Counted from the stretch's first letter, positions 10,975 to 23,307 are shown. The stretch: 64,000 nt of DNA from an uncultured Nitrospiraceae bacterium (GCA_963705105.1 CAVPIW010000010.1:64001-128000); one strand, 5' to 3'. The notes: a model not told the origin generated them from the sequence alone. Numbers and translations: made by a program.

Positions 10975-11150
10975 ATTATTTAAACCGGAAATCAAACAGA
11001 TGAACCGTACCATAAAACTACTTTCATGTCATTCCTGTTTGTCGCCAATCTTTCTAAGAAGGATCCCGGACAAGCCGGGATGACAAATACAGAAATGGAG
11101 CATGTTACCTTGCTATACTATCGATCTCCTTGGTAATTGCCGGGTAATAA
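10975..11150. repeat. Degenerate copy of the 6356-6511 palindromic element
   Basis: right end ggtaattgccgggtaataa; inner tgtcattcc...cccggacaagccgggatgaca. Confidence 0.7.
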
Positions 11151-11208
11151 TCAACCTCAATGCTGCAAACGCCGGACCAAAAGGGTGGGGCGAAGATGCC
11201 ACCGTAAC

Positions 11209-11664
11209 AGTCATCAAGTCATTGAGTCATTGAGTTATTGAGTCACTGGTAGCCGACAGTCTGCACCAAGCCACGAACGCACGACGGGAAGGCTGATGTG
11301 GCGAAAAGCCTTTCCGCTAAGATACCTTATTGATCCCCAGACCACCCTTTGCCGTGTCGATCGATGCCAAAAGCCCGTGAGGCAACAGGCGCTGAACACC
11401 TCGATATTATCATCGCATTGGAAAGGCTTTGAACCATATCTGCCTTCCCGGAGGTAGCGTCACTATCAGCAAGGCTTTGAGGCACTCTGTCCCGCCTTTT
11501 CATGCAACTGCAAAGTTATCTCACGCAAAGCCGCAAAGATCGCAAAGATCGGCAGTGACTTAATCAACCCAATCAACCCAATCAACCCAATCAACCCAAT
11601 CAACCCAATCAACTCAATCAACTCAATCGACTTAATGACTCAATGACTTAATGACTCAATGACT
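11209..11664. repeat. Composite: inverted 8-mer arrays (AGTCATTG / CAATGACT) flanking E2 plus E1 right arm and a 9-mer array (TCAACCCAA)
   Basis: 8-mer repeats at 11209-11245 and reverse complements at 11629-11664; E2 at 11286-11451; 9-mer x7 at 11563-11626. Confidence 0.9.
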
Positions 11665-12810
11665 TGTCTTTTCGGTGATGTCCTTGTCCAGCCTGTCTAT
11701 GCGCACCTCCTGCAGCAGGGAAATGAAACGATCCGATCCGATCGGGTTGTCCCGCATGCCGAAAAGATGGGTCCTGCAGGAGCAGTCCGATGACCCGAAA
11801 CCGGGCACTGACCAGTCGGCGATGTTCTCCATCATACCCGCAATGGCGCATTCGAGACGGGCCGTTCCCCGCACAGGCAGGGCCGCCACGAACCGGGTCT
11901 CCTTCCGGAGGTAGTCGATATGCCAGCGCAGCGTCTTTCGCACGCGCCTGTGACGTTCAATCCTGGCGGTCAGGTTTCTCCGTCCCGACCCCACATAGAT
12001 ATAATAGCCCTCCGGGAAGTCGATCGCACCGCGGTCACCGATGACGATCTTTCCGGGATGTTCCCGACGGAGGATGACGAGGTAGCTGCCCTCGTCACGG
12101 GCCTCACGGCCGATGACGTCCCAGGGAATATCGAGCGTGCGGACATCGTCGCCGAGGGTCAGGTCCTCTTTCCAGCGAACAGCGATGGCCCGTATCAGGA
12201 TATCATTCCTTAATTCGTACAGGGTCCGGGAAAAATCAAAGTCAGTATGGTAATCGGGCATGAAGTATCGCACATGGGGTGAATGGACGAGAAAAAGCAC
12301 GCCGCCTTTCGTTCCTCGTTCCTTCAGACCGGCCAGTTCCACGAGATGCCTCCGACCCCTTTCCGTCACCGCATCGGGAAACATAGCAATCTCCCTGCCA
12401 AAAAGGGTGCATGACTTCACCTCCAGGACGAGGTCTTCCCGGTCGTCACGGAGCAGAAAGTCGAACCGGCTGCTGCCCATGGAGACCTCCCGCCTCACGA
12501 CACGATACCCCTCGAAGCCGGGCAGCATCCCCTTGCGTATGAGAAGATCGGCGACGCTGTTTGTTTGATGCGTGTGAAGCATGACGGGGGAACCGTCGCG
12601 GTCGACGGCGATGCAGGTGTGGGACAACATGCCGTCGCGGCGCGCATTTTCGACAATATGGACGGTCCTGCCCGGGAGGAGCAGATCCCGGAGCCTCCCG
12701 GGGTTGGGGAGATAGGCCCGAACGGTCTTCCCCTGCACGTCGCACTCTATGACAAACCGGTTCGGCCTCCGGAGAAAAAGGGCATTCTGGGCTGTATCGA
12801 ATAGTTTCAT
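11656..12810 (-). CDS. sfsA: SfsA DNA/RNA nuclease fused to a DUF123 (GIY-YIG-like) domain
   Basis: RRPNRF, YLPNPGRL, SRFDFLL, EVKSCTL, MFPDAVTERGRRHL; C-terminal YIYVGSG, WHIDYL, GFGSSDCSCRTHL. Confidence 0.9.
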   Translation of the reverse strand: MKLFDTAQNALFLRRPNRFVIECDVQGKTVRAYLPNPGRLRDLLLPGRTVHIVENARRDGMLSHTCIAVDRDGSPVMLHTHQTNSVADLLIRKGMLPGFEGYRVVRREVSMGSSRFDFLLRDDREDLVLEVKSCTLFGREIAMFPDAVTERGRRHLVELAGLKERGTKGGVLFLVHSPHVRYFMPDYHTDFDFSRTLYELRNDILIRAIAVRWKEDLTLGDDVRTLDIPWDVIGREARDEGSYLVILRREHPGKIVIGDRGAIDFPEGYYIYVGSGRRNLTARIERHRRVRKTLRWHIDYLRKETRFVAALPVRGTARLECAIAGMMENIADWSVPGFGSSDCSCRTHLFGMRDNPIGSDRFISLLQEVRIDRLDKDITEKTSH

Positions 12811-12876
12811 GGTCATTAAGTTACTGTATCATTGGTCGGCGTCCGACGGTTGTTACCAGGCCAAGAATATGCGGGC

Positions 12877-13246
12877 GGGAAGGCTGATGTGGTGAAAAGC
12901 CTTTCCGCTAAGATACCTTATTCGTCACCGGACCACACTTTGCCGTGTCTATTGATGACAAAAGCCCGTCAGGCAACAGGCGCTGAACACCTTGAGATGA
13001 CATATTTCTTCATAGGCCCGACCGAAAGCGGGGTGAATGCGCCGAAAAGCATCGGTGCTGCGAAACCGCTGCCGTCCCGTACAGACCATTTCGGGCTGGC
13101 GGCTGAAAAAAGGTGAACCTTTTGCTGACACTCACACTGCCACTGACACTGTTTTTCAGAGCGCTTCGCCCCGCCTTTCGGCGCATCTGCCAAAATGGTC
13201 CTCATCATCGCATTGGAAAGGCTTTGCACCATATCTGCCTTCCCGG
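12877..13246. repeat. Nested E2[E1-variant] element
   Basis: E2 ends at 12877 and 13245; inner E1 with acactcacactgccactgacactg hexamer module shared with 40452-40639 and 55797-55998. Confidence 0.9.
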
Positions 13247-13354
13247 CGCCAACGAATATGGAGGGTCAGCACACCGCACCGGGAAAGAAGAGGGCGAAGA
13301 CCGCCGCCGCGGCCTTCGCCCCATTTTCCGCCGACGCACCCGCCGCTGCGGTCT

Positions 13355-14623
<1,269 letters not shown>

Positions 14624-15775
14624 TTAGAGACCGGCATCCTGCCGCAGTGTCTCGGCCATGTCCGTCCGTTCCCAGGTGAAGTCGGCGTCGTTGCGGCCGA
14701 AATGACCATAGGCCGCGGTCTTCTTGTAGATCGGCCTCCTCAGGTCCAGGTGATCGATGATCCCCTTCGGCGTGAGGTTGAAATTTTTCCTGATGAGCGG
14801 GACGATCCTGTCGTCGGCGATCTTTCCCGTTCCGAAGGTGTCCACAAAAATGGAGACCGGCTCGGGGATGCCGATGGCGTAGGCGATCTGCACCTCGACC
14901 CTCCCGGCTATGCCGGCGGCAACAATGTTCTTTGCGATGTAGCGCGACATGTAGGAGCCGGAACGGTCCACCTTCGTCGGGTCCTTCCCGGAGAAGCACC
15001 CTCCGCCGTGACTCCCCACACCGCCGTAGGTGTCGACGATGATCTTCCTGCCCGTGAGACCCGTGTCGCCCATGGGACCGCCGATCACAAAACGTCCCGT
15101 CGGGTTGATGTGATAGGTGATCCTCTCTTCGTTCAGCAGGTCCTTCGGCACGACAGGCTTGATCACCTTATCGATGATGTCTTCGCGCAACTCCTTCAGG
15201 GTGACGTCGGGGCTGTGCTGGGACGAGATGACGATGGTGTCGACACGCACGGGCCTGCCGTCGCGGTATTCGATGGTCACCTGCGTCTTGCCGTCGGGCC
15301 TGAGATAGCCGAGGACGTCCTTCTTCCTCACCTCGCTGAGGCGCATGGCAAGTTTGTGGGCGAGCATGATGGGCAGCGGCATCAGCTCCGGCGTTTCATT
15401 GCAGGCGAAGCCGAACATGAGACCCTGGTCGCCGGCGCCTCCCGGATCGACGCCCATGGCGATGTCGCCGGACTGCTCATGGATGGAGGTGATGACGGCG
15501 CAGGTCTCGTAATCGAAACCGTATTTCGCCCTCGTATAGCCGATGTCCCTGATCGTTTCGCGCACGATTGAGGGAATGTCCACATAGCATGTCGTCGAGA
15601 TCTCCCCGGCGACAAAGGCGAGGCCCGTCGTCACGATCGCCTCGCAGGCCACCCGTGAATTCTTGTCCTGGCCGATGATGGAATCGAGAATGGCGTCCGA
15701 TATCTGGTCCGAGATCTTGTCCGGATGCCCCTCCGTGACAGACTCAGAGGTAAAGAAATAATCCCTTCCGTTCAT
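14624..15775 (-). CDS. metK: Methionine adenosyltransferase
   Basis: [50 protein letters not shown]; start at MNGRDY after RBS ggagg. Confidence 0.97.
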   Translation of the reverse strand: MNGRDYFFTSESVTEGHPDKISDQISDAILDSIIGQDKNSRVACEAIVTTGLAFVAGEISTTCYVDIPSIVRETIRDIGYTRAKYGFDYETCAVITSIHEQSGDIAMGVDPGGAGDQGLMFGFACNETPELMPLPIMLAHKLAMRLSEVRKKDVLGYLRPDGKTQVTIEYRDGRPVRVDTIVISSQHSPDVTLKELREDIIDKVIKPVVPKDLLNEERITYHINPTGRFVIGGPMGDTGLTGRKIIVDTYGGVGSHGGGCFSGKDPTKVDRSGSYMSRYIAKNIVAAGIAGRVEVQIAYAIGIPEPVSIFVDTFGTGKIADDRIVPLIRKNFNLTPKGIIDHLDLRRPIYKKTAAYGHFGRNDADFTWERTDMAETLRQDAGL

Positions 15776-15792
15776 CCTCTCGCGCACCTCCC

Positions 15793-16806
15793 TTATTTGA
15801 TGAGTTCTTCGGCGATCTGCACGGCGTTGAGGGCCGCCCCTTTTCTCAGGTTGTCGGAAACGACCCACATGTTGATCCCATTTTCTATCGATTCGTCCTC
15901 CCGGATCCTTCCGACGTAGACGTCGTCCTTGCCCGCCACGTCGATGGGCAGGGGGTAGACGTTTTTCTCGGGAGCATCGAAGACGGTGATCCCCGGGCTT
16001 TTGGCCAGCAATGAGCGGACCTCGTTGGGCGTAAGCTTCTTCGCCGTCTCGATGTTGACCGATTCGGAATGGCCCTTGAAAACGGGAACGCGCACCGTCG
16101 TCGCCGTCACCCCGATCGAATCGTCGCCCATGATCTTCCTGGTCTCGTTGACCATCTTCATCTCTTCCTTCGTGTAGCCGTTCTCGAGGAACTTGTCGAT
16201 GTGAGGCAGCACGTTGAAGGCGATCTGGTGGGGATAGACGTTCTTCTGTATTTCCTTGAAGCTGAGAAGGTCCGTCGTCTGCTGGAGCAATTCGTCCATG
16301 GCCTTCATGCCCGTCCCCGACACGGCCTGGAAGGTCGTGACGACGACACGCTTTATCTTTGCCGCATCGTGGATCGGCTTCAGGGCCACGACCATCTGGA
16401 TGGTCGAGCAGTTGGGGTTCGCGATGATCCCCTTGTGCCACTTCAGGTCGTGGGTGTTCACCTCAGGGACGACGAGAGGCACTTCAGGGTCCATGCGCCA
16501 CTGGCTCGAGTTGTCGATGACGACGCAGCCCGAGCGGGCCGCAACGGGGGCCCAAATCCTCGAACGCTCCGCTCCCGCGGAAAAGAGGGCGATGTCGATC
16601 CCCTTGAACGAGTCGTCATTCAGCGTCTCCACGGGGATCTGGCTCCCTTCGAATTCGAGGGTCTTGCCCTCGGACCTCTCCGAGGCGAACAGCCTCAGCT
16701 TGCCGACGGGGAAATTCCTCCCCTCCAGCACGGCGATCATTTCGTTTCCCACGGCGCCCGTCGCACCGACGACGGCAACGACATACTTCTCCTTCTTCTT
16801 CAGCAT
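15793..16806 (-). CDS. asd: Aspartate-semialdehyde dehydrogenase
   Basis: [42 protein letters not shown]. Confidence 0.97.
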   Translation of the reverse strand: MLKKKEKYVVAVVGATGAVGNEMIAVLEGRNFPVGKLRLFASERSEGKTLEFEGSQIPVETLNDDSFKGIDIALFSAGAERSRIWAPVAARSGCVVIDNSSQWRMDPEVPLVVPEVNTHDLKWHKGIIANPNCSTIQMVVALKPIHDAAKIKRVVVTTFQAVSGTGMKAMDELLQQTTDLLSFKEIQKNVYPHQIAFNVLPHIDKFLENGYTKEEMKMVNETRKIMGDDSIGVTATTVRVPVFKGHSESVNIETAKKLTPNEVRSLLAKSPGITVFDAPEKNVYPLPIDVAGKDDVYVGRIREDESIENGINMWVVSDNLRKGAALNAVQIAEELIK

Positions 16807-16888
16807 TTCCCGCTCCTCTCATCGGCTGCGGATCGCCGCGTTTCGCAGTTCACAGCAGCCTGTTTGTATAGATCAGCATCAGTTTATA

Positions 16889-17232
16889 AACCTTATCGTT
16901 GCAATAGGACATCCGGAAAGGCGGGGCAAAGATGCCTCTAAACAGTAGACAATAGACAGTCGACAATAAACAGGAACCAAAGACAAAGGCATGGCGGGAA
17001 GGCTGATGTGGCGAAAAGCCTTTCCGCTAAGATACCTTATTGATCCCCAGACCACCCTTTGCCGTGTCGATCGATGCCAAAAGCCCGTGAGGCAACAGGC
17101 GCTGAACACCTCGATATGTCGTATCATCGCATTGGAAAGGCTTTGAACCATATCTGCCTTCCCGGAGGTAGCGTCACTATCAGCAAGGCTTTGAGGCACT
17201 TTGTCCCGCCTTTTCATGCAACTGGAAGGTAA
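16889..17232. repeat. E1 left arm, short agacaat repeats, E2 and E1 right arm (E2 nested within E1)
   Basis: aaccttatcgttgca...aaaggcgggg at 16889-16927; 16996-17222 nearly identical to 11286-11510. Confidence 0.9.
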
Positions 17233-17237
17233 AGTCT

Positions 17238-18305
17238 TCAGATTTCACCGACCAGTTTTGCAACAAGGTCACCCACCTCAGACGTGGTGTATCCCATGCT
17301 GCCTGCGGCGAGGCTCTTGATGTGCTTGCCCGTCACCTCCATGACCGCCCGCTCGACGGTCTTGCCCGCGGCGTCTTCACCGAGGTTTTCGAGCATCAGC
17401 CCGCCGGCGCAGATGGCAGCCAGGGGATTGATGATGTTCAGGCCCGTGTATTTGGGGGCCGACCCGCCGATGGGTTCGAACATGGACACGCCCCGGGGGT
17501 TGATGTTGCCGCCCGCGGCGATGCCCATCCCTCCCTGGATCATGGCGCCCAGGTCGGTGATGATGTCGCCGAACATGTTGTCCGTCACGATGACGTCGAA
17601 CCATTCAGGGTTCTTCACGAACCACATGGTGGTGGCGTCGACATGCGCGTAATCGACCTTTATGCCGGGATACTCTTTCGCGACCTCATAAAACACCCGT
17701 TCCCACAGGTCGAATGCATAGGTGAGCACATTCGTCTTGCCGCAGAGAGTGAGCTTATTGCCCTTGTTTCTCTTCCTGCAGAACTCGAAGGCGAAGCGGA
17801 TGCACCGCTCCACACCCTTCCTCGTGTTGATCGACTCCTGCACGGCGACCTCATCGGGGGTGCCTTTCTTCAGCACGCCCCCGGCGCCCGCATAGAGTCC
17901 CTCGGTGTTTTCCCGGATGACGACGAAGTCGATGTCCTCGGGTCCCTTGTCCTTCAGGGGGCAGTCGACACCGGGGAAGAGTTTGACGGGCCTGAGATTG
18001 ATGTACTGGTCAAGCTCGAACCGCAGCCGCAGGAGTATACCCTTTTCGAGGATGCCGGGCTTCACATCGGGGTGACCTATGGCGCCGAGAAATATAGCCT
18101 GGAATTTGCTCAAATCGCTCACGGCGCTGTCGGGCAGGACCTCGCCCGTTCTCAGGTACCGGTCGCCGCCGAAATCGAACTCCTGCAGATTCATGGTAAA
18201 ACCGAAGCGATCGGCCGCGGCCCGGAGGACCTTCAGTCCCTCCGCCACGACTTCGGGACCTGTCCCGTCGCCCGGAATAACCGCAATATCGTAGGCCTTG
18301 CTCAT
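17238..18305 (-). CDS. leuB: 3-isopropylmalate dehydrogenase
   Basis: [36 protein letters not shown]; coupled to leuD. Confidence 0.93.
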   Translation of the reverse strand: MSKAYDIAVIPGDGTGPEVVAEGLKVLRAAADRFGFTMNLQEFDFGGDRYLRTGEVLPDSAVSDLSKFQAIFLGAIGHPDVKPGILEKGILLRLRFELDQYINLRPVKLFPGVDCPLKDKGPEDIDFVVIRENTEGLYAGAGGVLKKGTPDEVAVQESINTRKGVERCIRFAFEFCRKRNKGNKLTLCGKTNVLTYAFDLWERVFYEVAKEYPGIKVDYAHVDATTMWFVKNPEWFDVIVTDNMFGDIITDLGAMIQGGMGIAAGGNINPRGVSMFEPIGGSAPKYTGLNIINPLAAICAGGLMLENLGEDAAGKTVERAVMEVTGKHIKSLAAGSMGYTTSEVGDLVAKLVGEI

Positions 18306-18808
18306 GCTGCCGCTCCTTTGCCGATTTTTTTCCTGGTCCACTCGATCAGTCCGCCTGAGGCGATGAGCTCCTGCATGAAGGGCGGGATCGGCTTGACCGT
18401 GTAGTGTTCGCCGGACGAGAGATTCCTGATGACGCCTTTGTCTGCGTCGATCTCGACGGTGTCTCCCTCGCGGATTTTTTCAGACCCGTCGGCGGACTCG
18501 AAGATGGGTAAACCTATATTGAAGGAGTTCCGGTAGAAGATCCTCGCAAAACTCTTCGCAATGACAGCCTGGATGCCGGCGGCCTTGATCGCGATCGGGG
18601 CATGCTCCCGCGACGACCCGCAGCCGAAGTTCTTCCCCGCCACGAGAATGTCTCCCCCCTTGACCTTGCGGGGGAATTCGCTGTCGGCGTCCTCCATGAC
18701 ATGGGATGCGAGCTCGGCGGGATCGGAGGTATTCAGGTATCGTGCCGGGATGATCGCGTCGGTATCGACATCGTCTCCGAATCTCCAGGTTCTCCCTTTC
18801 AGTAACAT
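18302..18808 (-). CDS. leuD: 3-isopropylmalate dehydratase small subunit
   Basis: [33 protein letters not shown]. Confidence 0.95.
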   Translation of the reverse strand: MLLKGRTWRFGDDVDTDAIIPARYLNTSDPAELASHVMEDADSEFPRKVKGGDILVAGKNFGCGSSREHAPIAIKAAGIQAVIAKSFARIFYRNSFNIGLPIFESADGSEKIREGDTVEIDADKGVIRNLSSGEHYTVKPIPPFMQELIASGGLIEWTRKKIGKGAAA

Positions 18809-18889
18809 GGCGCCTCCTTGAAGACCTTTGCTTTCTGTAAAGCTATATTTTAAACTTATTATTATATATTCCCTTTGCGAATAAATTCC

Positions 18890-19870
18890 ATGGAAAAAGT
18901 CCTCATCCTCCTCGGTCCCACGGGCGTCGGGAAAACAGGTCTTTCCCTCACGATGGCGGAGCATCTGAAGACCGAGATCATCGGCGCAGATTCGATGCAG
19001 GTCTACCGGTTCATGGATATCGGGACGGCGAAGCCTTCGGTGGAAGAGCGGGCTGCTGTGAGGCACCACGTGATCGATATCATCGACCCCTGGGAGAGGT
19101 TCAGCACCGGCCAGTACATCAAGTCCGCCGGCCTGATCATTGACCGGCTCATCGGAGAGGGGAAGATACCCCTCGTTGTCGGGGGGACGGGTCTCTATAT
19201 CAAGGCAATGACAAGGGGCATCTTTGCGGGTCCCTCCGCCGACTGGACCCTGAGGCACTCCCTGGAGGAACGGGAGAGCAAAGATCCGGGCTCGCTCCAC
19301 GCGTACCTTCAGGCCCTCGATTCCAACGCAGCATCACGGATCAATGCGACCGACATCAGGAGGATCGTCAGGGCCGTGGAGGTCTGCCTCCGGGGCGGGC
19401 GGTCGATCTCGGAGCTCCATGCCGCCTCCACGCGACCCCTGCCCTATGAGTTTCTGAAAATCGGCATCACGAGGGACCGGTCAGAGCTGTACCGCATGAT
19501 CGAAGAGCGGGTGGACCTGATGATCCGGCAGGGCCTGGTCGGCGAGGTAAAGGCCGTGATGGCGCGGATTGAGGCTCACGGGGGGGCAGGCTATGATATC
19601 ACGAAACTCTCATCGATGCAGGCGATCGGGTACAAGGAAATCGCTCTTTATCTTTCAGGCGAAATCGGGATTGACGAGGCGGTGCATCTTGTCAAGAAGA
19701 GAACGAAAATGTACGCGAAGCGTCAGTACACCTGGTTCAGGAAGGAGGAGGGCATTCACTGGGTGGACGTGACGGGCATCCTCGACCCCGCCGGGATGTG
19801 GAAAAAGGTCTCACCTGTCCTTGCCGATCATCCTTATCATTGCAATGGGATATCCGGAAAGGCGGGGTGA
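18890..19870 (+). CDS. miaA: tRNA dimethylallyltransferase
   Basis: [43 protein letters not shown]. Confidence 0.96.
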   Translation: MEKVLILLGPTGVGKTGLSLTMAEHLKTEIIGADSMQVYRFMDIGTAKPSVEERAAVRHHVIDIIDPWERFSTGQYIKSAGLIIDRLIGEGKIPLVVGGTGLYIKAMTRGIFAGPSADWTLRHSLEERESKDPGSLHAYLQALDSNAASRINATDIRRIVRAVEVCLRGGRSISELHAASTRPLPYEFLKIGITRDRSELYRMIEERVDLMIRQGLVGEVKAVMARIEAHGGAGYDITKLSSMQAIGYKEIALYLSGEIGIDEAVHLVKKRTKMYAKRQYTWFRKEEGIHWVDVTGILDPAGMWKKVSPVLADHPYHCNGISGKAG

Positions 19871-20043
19871 ATGCGCCGAAAAGCCTCGGTGCTGCGAAAC
19901 CTTTGCAGTCCCGTACAGACCATTTCGGGCTAAAGGTCGATGACACAAAGGAGGAATTCCCGATACACCAATAATAAACGATCACACTCGCTATCAGCGA
20001 GGCTCTGAGGCGCTTCGCCCCGCCTTTTCATGCAACGACAAAG
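19831..20043. repeat. Stand-alone E1 element between convergent miaA and lpxK
   Basis: ccttatcattgca...aaaggcggggtgaatgcgccgaaaagcctcggtgctgcgaaacc...ccccgccttttcatgcaac; similar to 43775-43990. Confidence 0.9.
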
Positions 20044-21063
20044 CTATCTCTTTCTCACAAGCTCCGAAAAGAGCCGGTCATAAAACTCCTGGTCGATGGC
20101 GAGGTCGACCTCCAGGGTAAGGAACCGCGCCGGCACGGTGAAGTCCCTCACTTTCACCATGTCCTTTTCGGTGGTCACGAAGAACTCGGCCTTTCTTTCC
20201 TTCCCTTTTTCGACAATCTCGTCGATATCGGCCTTTGTGTAGCGGTGATGGTCCCGGTATGCCCGGAAGCCTGCCAGGTCCCGGCAGAACACCTGCACCG
20301 TCTGCCTGAACGATTCGGCATTTGCGATGCCGCAGAAGGCGAAGACCCGTTTTCCTGCCAGGATGTCGGGGGACACCATGTTCCCCCAGGTGTCCTTCAA
20401 TCCCCTGACGGCGTATCTTGCGAGGAAGGCGGGCGCCCGAGGATTGATCGCCCGCAGTTTTGCATCGAGACTGCTGTTGCGTGCCTTCGTGATAAGGAAT
20501 ATGTCGGCATCAGCCAGCTCCCCGACAGGACCGCGCAACCGCCCCAGGGGGAGCAGCCTGCCGTTGCCGAAGGGATTGATGCCGTCGAGGAGCACGACAT
20601 CGACGTCCCGGTAGAGCCGCCAGTGCTGAAACCCGTCATCGAGGATGAAGAGGACAGGTTTCGCGGGATGTCCCAGCGACTGGAGGGCGAAGGCGCCGCC
20701 TTCGAAGCGGTCGGCGCATTTCACGACGGGCACGTCTCCCAGCCTCGCGGCGATGAGAACCGGCTCGTCACCGGCATCGTCGACGAGTGAGGAGAAGGTC
20801 TCTCCCTTCTGTGACGGCGTCGATGAAACGAAGAAAGGACCTTTTCTCTTGCCGCCATATCCCCGCGTCAGGACGACGGGGCTGTATCCCCGTTTCTTCG
20901 CCTCCGTTGCGACGGCGATCGTCGCGGGGGTCTTGCCGGTGCCGCCTGTCGTGATGTTGCCGATGCTGACGACCCTGACGGGGAGCCTCTTTTGGTTTCT
21001 GATGGCCCGGCGTTTCTTGAGGGAGTATCCGGCGTAGTAGAGAAATTCGATGACGTTCATCAT
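20044..21063 (-). CDS. lpxK: Tetraacyldisaccharide 4'-kinase
   Basis: SIGNITTGGTGKTP, TRGYG, GDEP, LDDGFQH, LLPLGRLR, TTEKD. Confidence 0.95.
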   Translation of the reverse strand: MMNVIEFLYYAGYSLKKRRAIRNQKRLPVRVVSIGNITTGGTGKTPATIAVATEAKKRGYSPVVLTRGYGGKRKGPFFVSSTPSQKGETFSSLVDDAGDEPVLIAARLGDVPVVKCADRFEGGAFALQSLGHPAKPVLFILDDGFQHWRLYRDVDVVLLDGINPFGNGRLLPLGRLRGPVGELADADIFLITKARNSSLDAKLRAINPRAPAFLARYAVRGLKDTWGNMVSPDILAGKRVFAFCGIANAESFRQTVQVFCRDLAGFRAYRDHHRYTKADIDEIVEKGKERKAEFFVTTEKDMVKVRDFTVPARFLTLEVDLAIDQEFYDRLFSELVRKR

Positions 21064-21087
21064 ACATTAAAAACAAAACCCCTGAAA

Positions 21088-21190
21088 GAAAGCAAAAGTG
21101 GCAGTGTGAGTGAGAATGAAAGGGAATGACAAGAGTGACATTGACAGTCCTTCGGGTTATGAAGAAAGCAAAAGTGGCAGTGTGAGTGCG
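21088..21190. repeat. Direct repeat x2 with hexamer-like periodicity
   Basis: gaaagcaaaagtggcagtgtgagtg at 21088 and 21164. Confidence 0.75.
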
Positions 21191-21269
21191 GGTGTGAAAA
21201 AGACGGTTCGTCCTCATGCCCCATCCGCGTCAAGGCGAAGAGTTGGTATAATGGAGTGAAGGAGCTGAA

Positions 21270-21554
21270 ATGAATGCAGTCGAAATACTCAAGAAGAATG
21301 AGATAAGAATAAAGCAGCAGTACCAGGTAAAGTCAATCGGCGTATTCGGGTCTTTTGCAAGGGGGGAAGAGACAGAAGGGAGCGATGTCGATGTCCTCGT
21401 TGAGTTCTACGAGGGAGCAAAGAAATTTGATAATTTCATGGATCTGAAGTTTTTCCTTGAAGACCTTTTCGGAAGAAAGGTCGACCTGGTAACAACTGCT
21501 GCGCTGAGGCCTCAACTGAAGGAAAACATACTGAGGGAGGTGCAATACGCATAG
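21270..21554 (+). CDS. Minimal nucleotidyltransferase antitoxin (MntA-like)
   Basis: GVFGSFARGE..SDVDVLV motif, DLV; 94 aa; adjacent HEPN gene. Confidence 0.9.
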   Translation: MNAVEILKKNEIRIKQQYQVKSIGVFGSFARGEETEGSDVDVLVEFYEGAKKFDNFMDLKFFLEDLFGRKVDLVTTAALRPQLKENILREVQYA

Positions 21555-21888
21555 AAGCATTCACCTCTATCTTGAGGATATCATTGAATCCGTCAACAGG
21601 ATTACGCGATATGTCGGGGACTCCGCCCCGGACGACATTAGAAAGGACGACATGCGCCTTGATGCAATAATTCGCAACTTCGAAATAATCGGTGAAGCGG
21701 CGAGCAAGGTGCCCGAAGACCTACGCAGAAAATACCCTTCCGTTGAGTGGCGTAAGATCGCAGACTTCAGGAACGTTCTTGCCCATCATTAATTTGGCAT
21801 TGATTATGAGATCATGTGGGATATAATCAAAACGAAACTCCCGCCTTTGAGAGAAGGCATTCTGTCGATTATTGAGAAAGAGAAATGA
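21547..21888 (+). pseudogene. HepT/DUF86 HEPN toxin pseudogene
   Basis: Manual translation: ACG in place of ATG, YLEDII...DAIIRNFEIIGEA...EWRKIADFRNVLAHH*FGIDYEIMWDII; in-frame TAA at 21790-21792. Confidence 0.88.
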
Positions 21889-21945
21889 TACTCAACTGAT
21901 GAAGAAAGGCCGGTGCAGACGTTGCGTCCGCACCGGCCGGGGGGA

Positions 21946-22434
21946 TTACTCGGACGATACGGAGATTTTCTTTGTCTCCGCCACTTCCTTTTCCGTCTTG
22001 GGAAGAACGATCATCAGGACACCTTTTTTGAAGGTCGCATCGATCTTGTCGCTGTCGATCTCACGGGGCAGGGGTATGGTCCTGGTGAAGGACCCGTAGG
22101 ATCTCTCCATCCTGTAATAATCCTTCCCCTTGTCCTCTTTTTCCTCTTTCTTTTCTCCCCTGATCGTCAGGGCATCCTTGCTCATGGACACATCGATGTC
22201 CTTCTCGTCCATTCCCGGAAGCTCCGCCGATATCTTGATTTCCTTGTCCGTCTCCATCACGTCGATGCGGGGGCTGAAAGTGCCGAGGCGACTTCCAAAG
22301 GGTTCGACATCGACTCCACGGAAGAAATTCTCGAAGAGTTCATTCATCTCCCGCTGCAGCAGGGCAAAGGGGTCATCCTCGCGCCGCACCTGCAGTCCTC
22401 TCTTGCCGAATGGCATCAAATCCCTGATTGACAT
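21946..22434 (-). CDS. Hsp20/alpha-crystallin small heat-shock protein
   Basis: PRIDVME, AELPGMD, ERSYGSFTRTIPLP, ATFKKGVL. Confidence 0.95.
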   Translation of the reverse strand: MSIRDLMPFGKRGLQVRREDDPFALLQREMNELFENFFRGVDVEPFGSRLGTFSPRIDVMETDKEIKISAELPGMDEKDIDVSMSKDALTIRGEKKEEKEDKGKDYYRMERSYGSFTRTIPLPREIDSDKIDATFKKGVLMIVLPKTEKEVAETKKISVSSE

Positions 22435-22455
22435 GACTGCAACACCTCCTTTTCG

Positions 22456-22860
22456 TCACTTTCCTGCCGCAACGGGGATCTTCCGCGTTTTGGCGATTTC
22501 CGCCTTCGGCAGGATCAGGGTTAATACGCCGTTTTTCAGTGATGCCTGTATCTTTTCCTTGTCAACTTCGTCGGAAAGGGTGAAAGACCGCTGATAATCA
22601 CCGATGCCGTACTCCGATGCGACGAGACGGTGCTTCTCCGGTATTTCCGCCTCGACCTTGCCGTAGATCGTCAGGACGTTCTTTTCGAGGGTGATGTCGA
22701 CGGTCTGCTCATCCACGCCCGGCATGTCGGCGATGACGACGATGTCATCCTTGCGCTCCATGATGTCGACGAGGGGAGAATAGAGTCTCCTCGCCCTTGT
22801 GCGCTCGCTTCCTTCAGCGGCCGGCGCCTCCTTTTTCAGAATATCTCTTGCGTCCGCCAT
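22456..22860 (-). CDS. Hsp20/alpha-crystallin small heat-shock protein
   Basis: PLVDIME, ADMPGVD, YQRSFTL, ASLKNGVLTLILPK. Confidence 0.95.
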   Translation of the reverse strand: MADARDILKKEAPAAEGSERTRARRLYSPLVDIMERKDDIVVIADMPGVDEQTVDITLEKNVLTIYGKVEAEIPEKHRLVASEYGIGDYQRSFTLSDEVDKEKIQASLKNGVLTLILPKAEIAKTRKIPVAAGK

Positions 22861-22878
22861 GAGAACACCTCCTCAGTT

Positions 22879-23307
22879 TTATTGAGCCTTGACGCTGATC
22901 TTTCGGGGTTTTTCCGCTTCCGCCCTGGGCAGTGAGATCGTCAGGATGCCTTTGACATACCGTGCGTCGACCTTTGCCGATTCCACGTCGAAGGGGAGTT
23001 CCAGGGTCCTTGTGAATTGTCCGCCCCACCGCTCTCTCCGGTGATATGACTCACCTTCCTTGACGCCATCAGGCTGACGGGACCCCTTCAGGGTGAGGTT
23101 CGAGCCGACAACGGATATGTCTATCGAAGCCGGGTCGACACCGGCTATCTCTGTCGTGACGATCACGTCATCCTCAGACATCCACATATTGGCTGCAGGG
23201 AACTCGTAGGCCACGGGCGACACTCGTGCGGCCGCCCTGTTCATCCGTTCGAACTCCCTCCAGGGATCAAAGAATCTGCCGAGTCTTTCGAGTTCTGACC
23301 ATAGCAT
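22879..23307 (-). CDS. Hsp20/alpha-crystallin small heat-shock protein
   Basis: FPAANMW, YHRRER.G.FTRTLELP, ARYVKGILTISLP; start MLWSE after RBS ggagg. Confidence 0.93.
   Translation of the reverse strand: MLWSELERLGRFFDPWREFERMNRAAARVSPVAYEFPAANMWMSEDDVIVTTEIAGVDPASIDISVVGSNLTLKGSRQPDGVKEGESYHRRERWGGQFTRTLELPFDVESAKVDARYVKGILTISLPRAEAEKPRKISVKAQ

Noticed and set aside
11563..11664. Possible CRISPR array
   Set aside because: 8-9-nt tandem units without unique spacers; no cas genes in the window
15776..16441. Long N-terminal extension of metK in the ORF track
   Set aside because: Overlaps asd in another frame; the RBS supports a start at 15775
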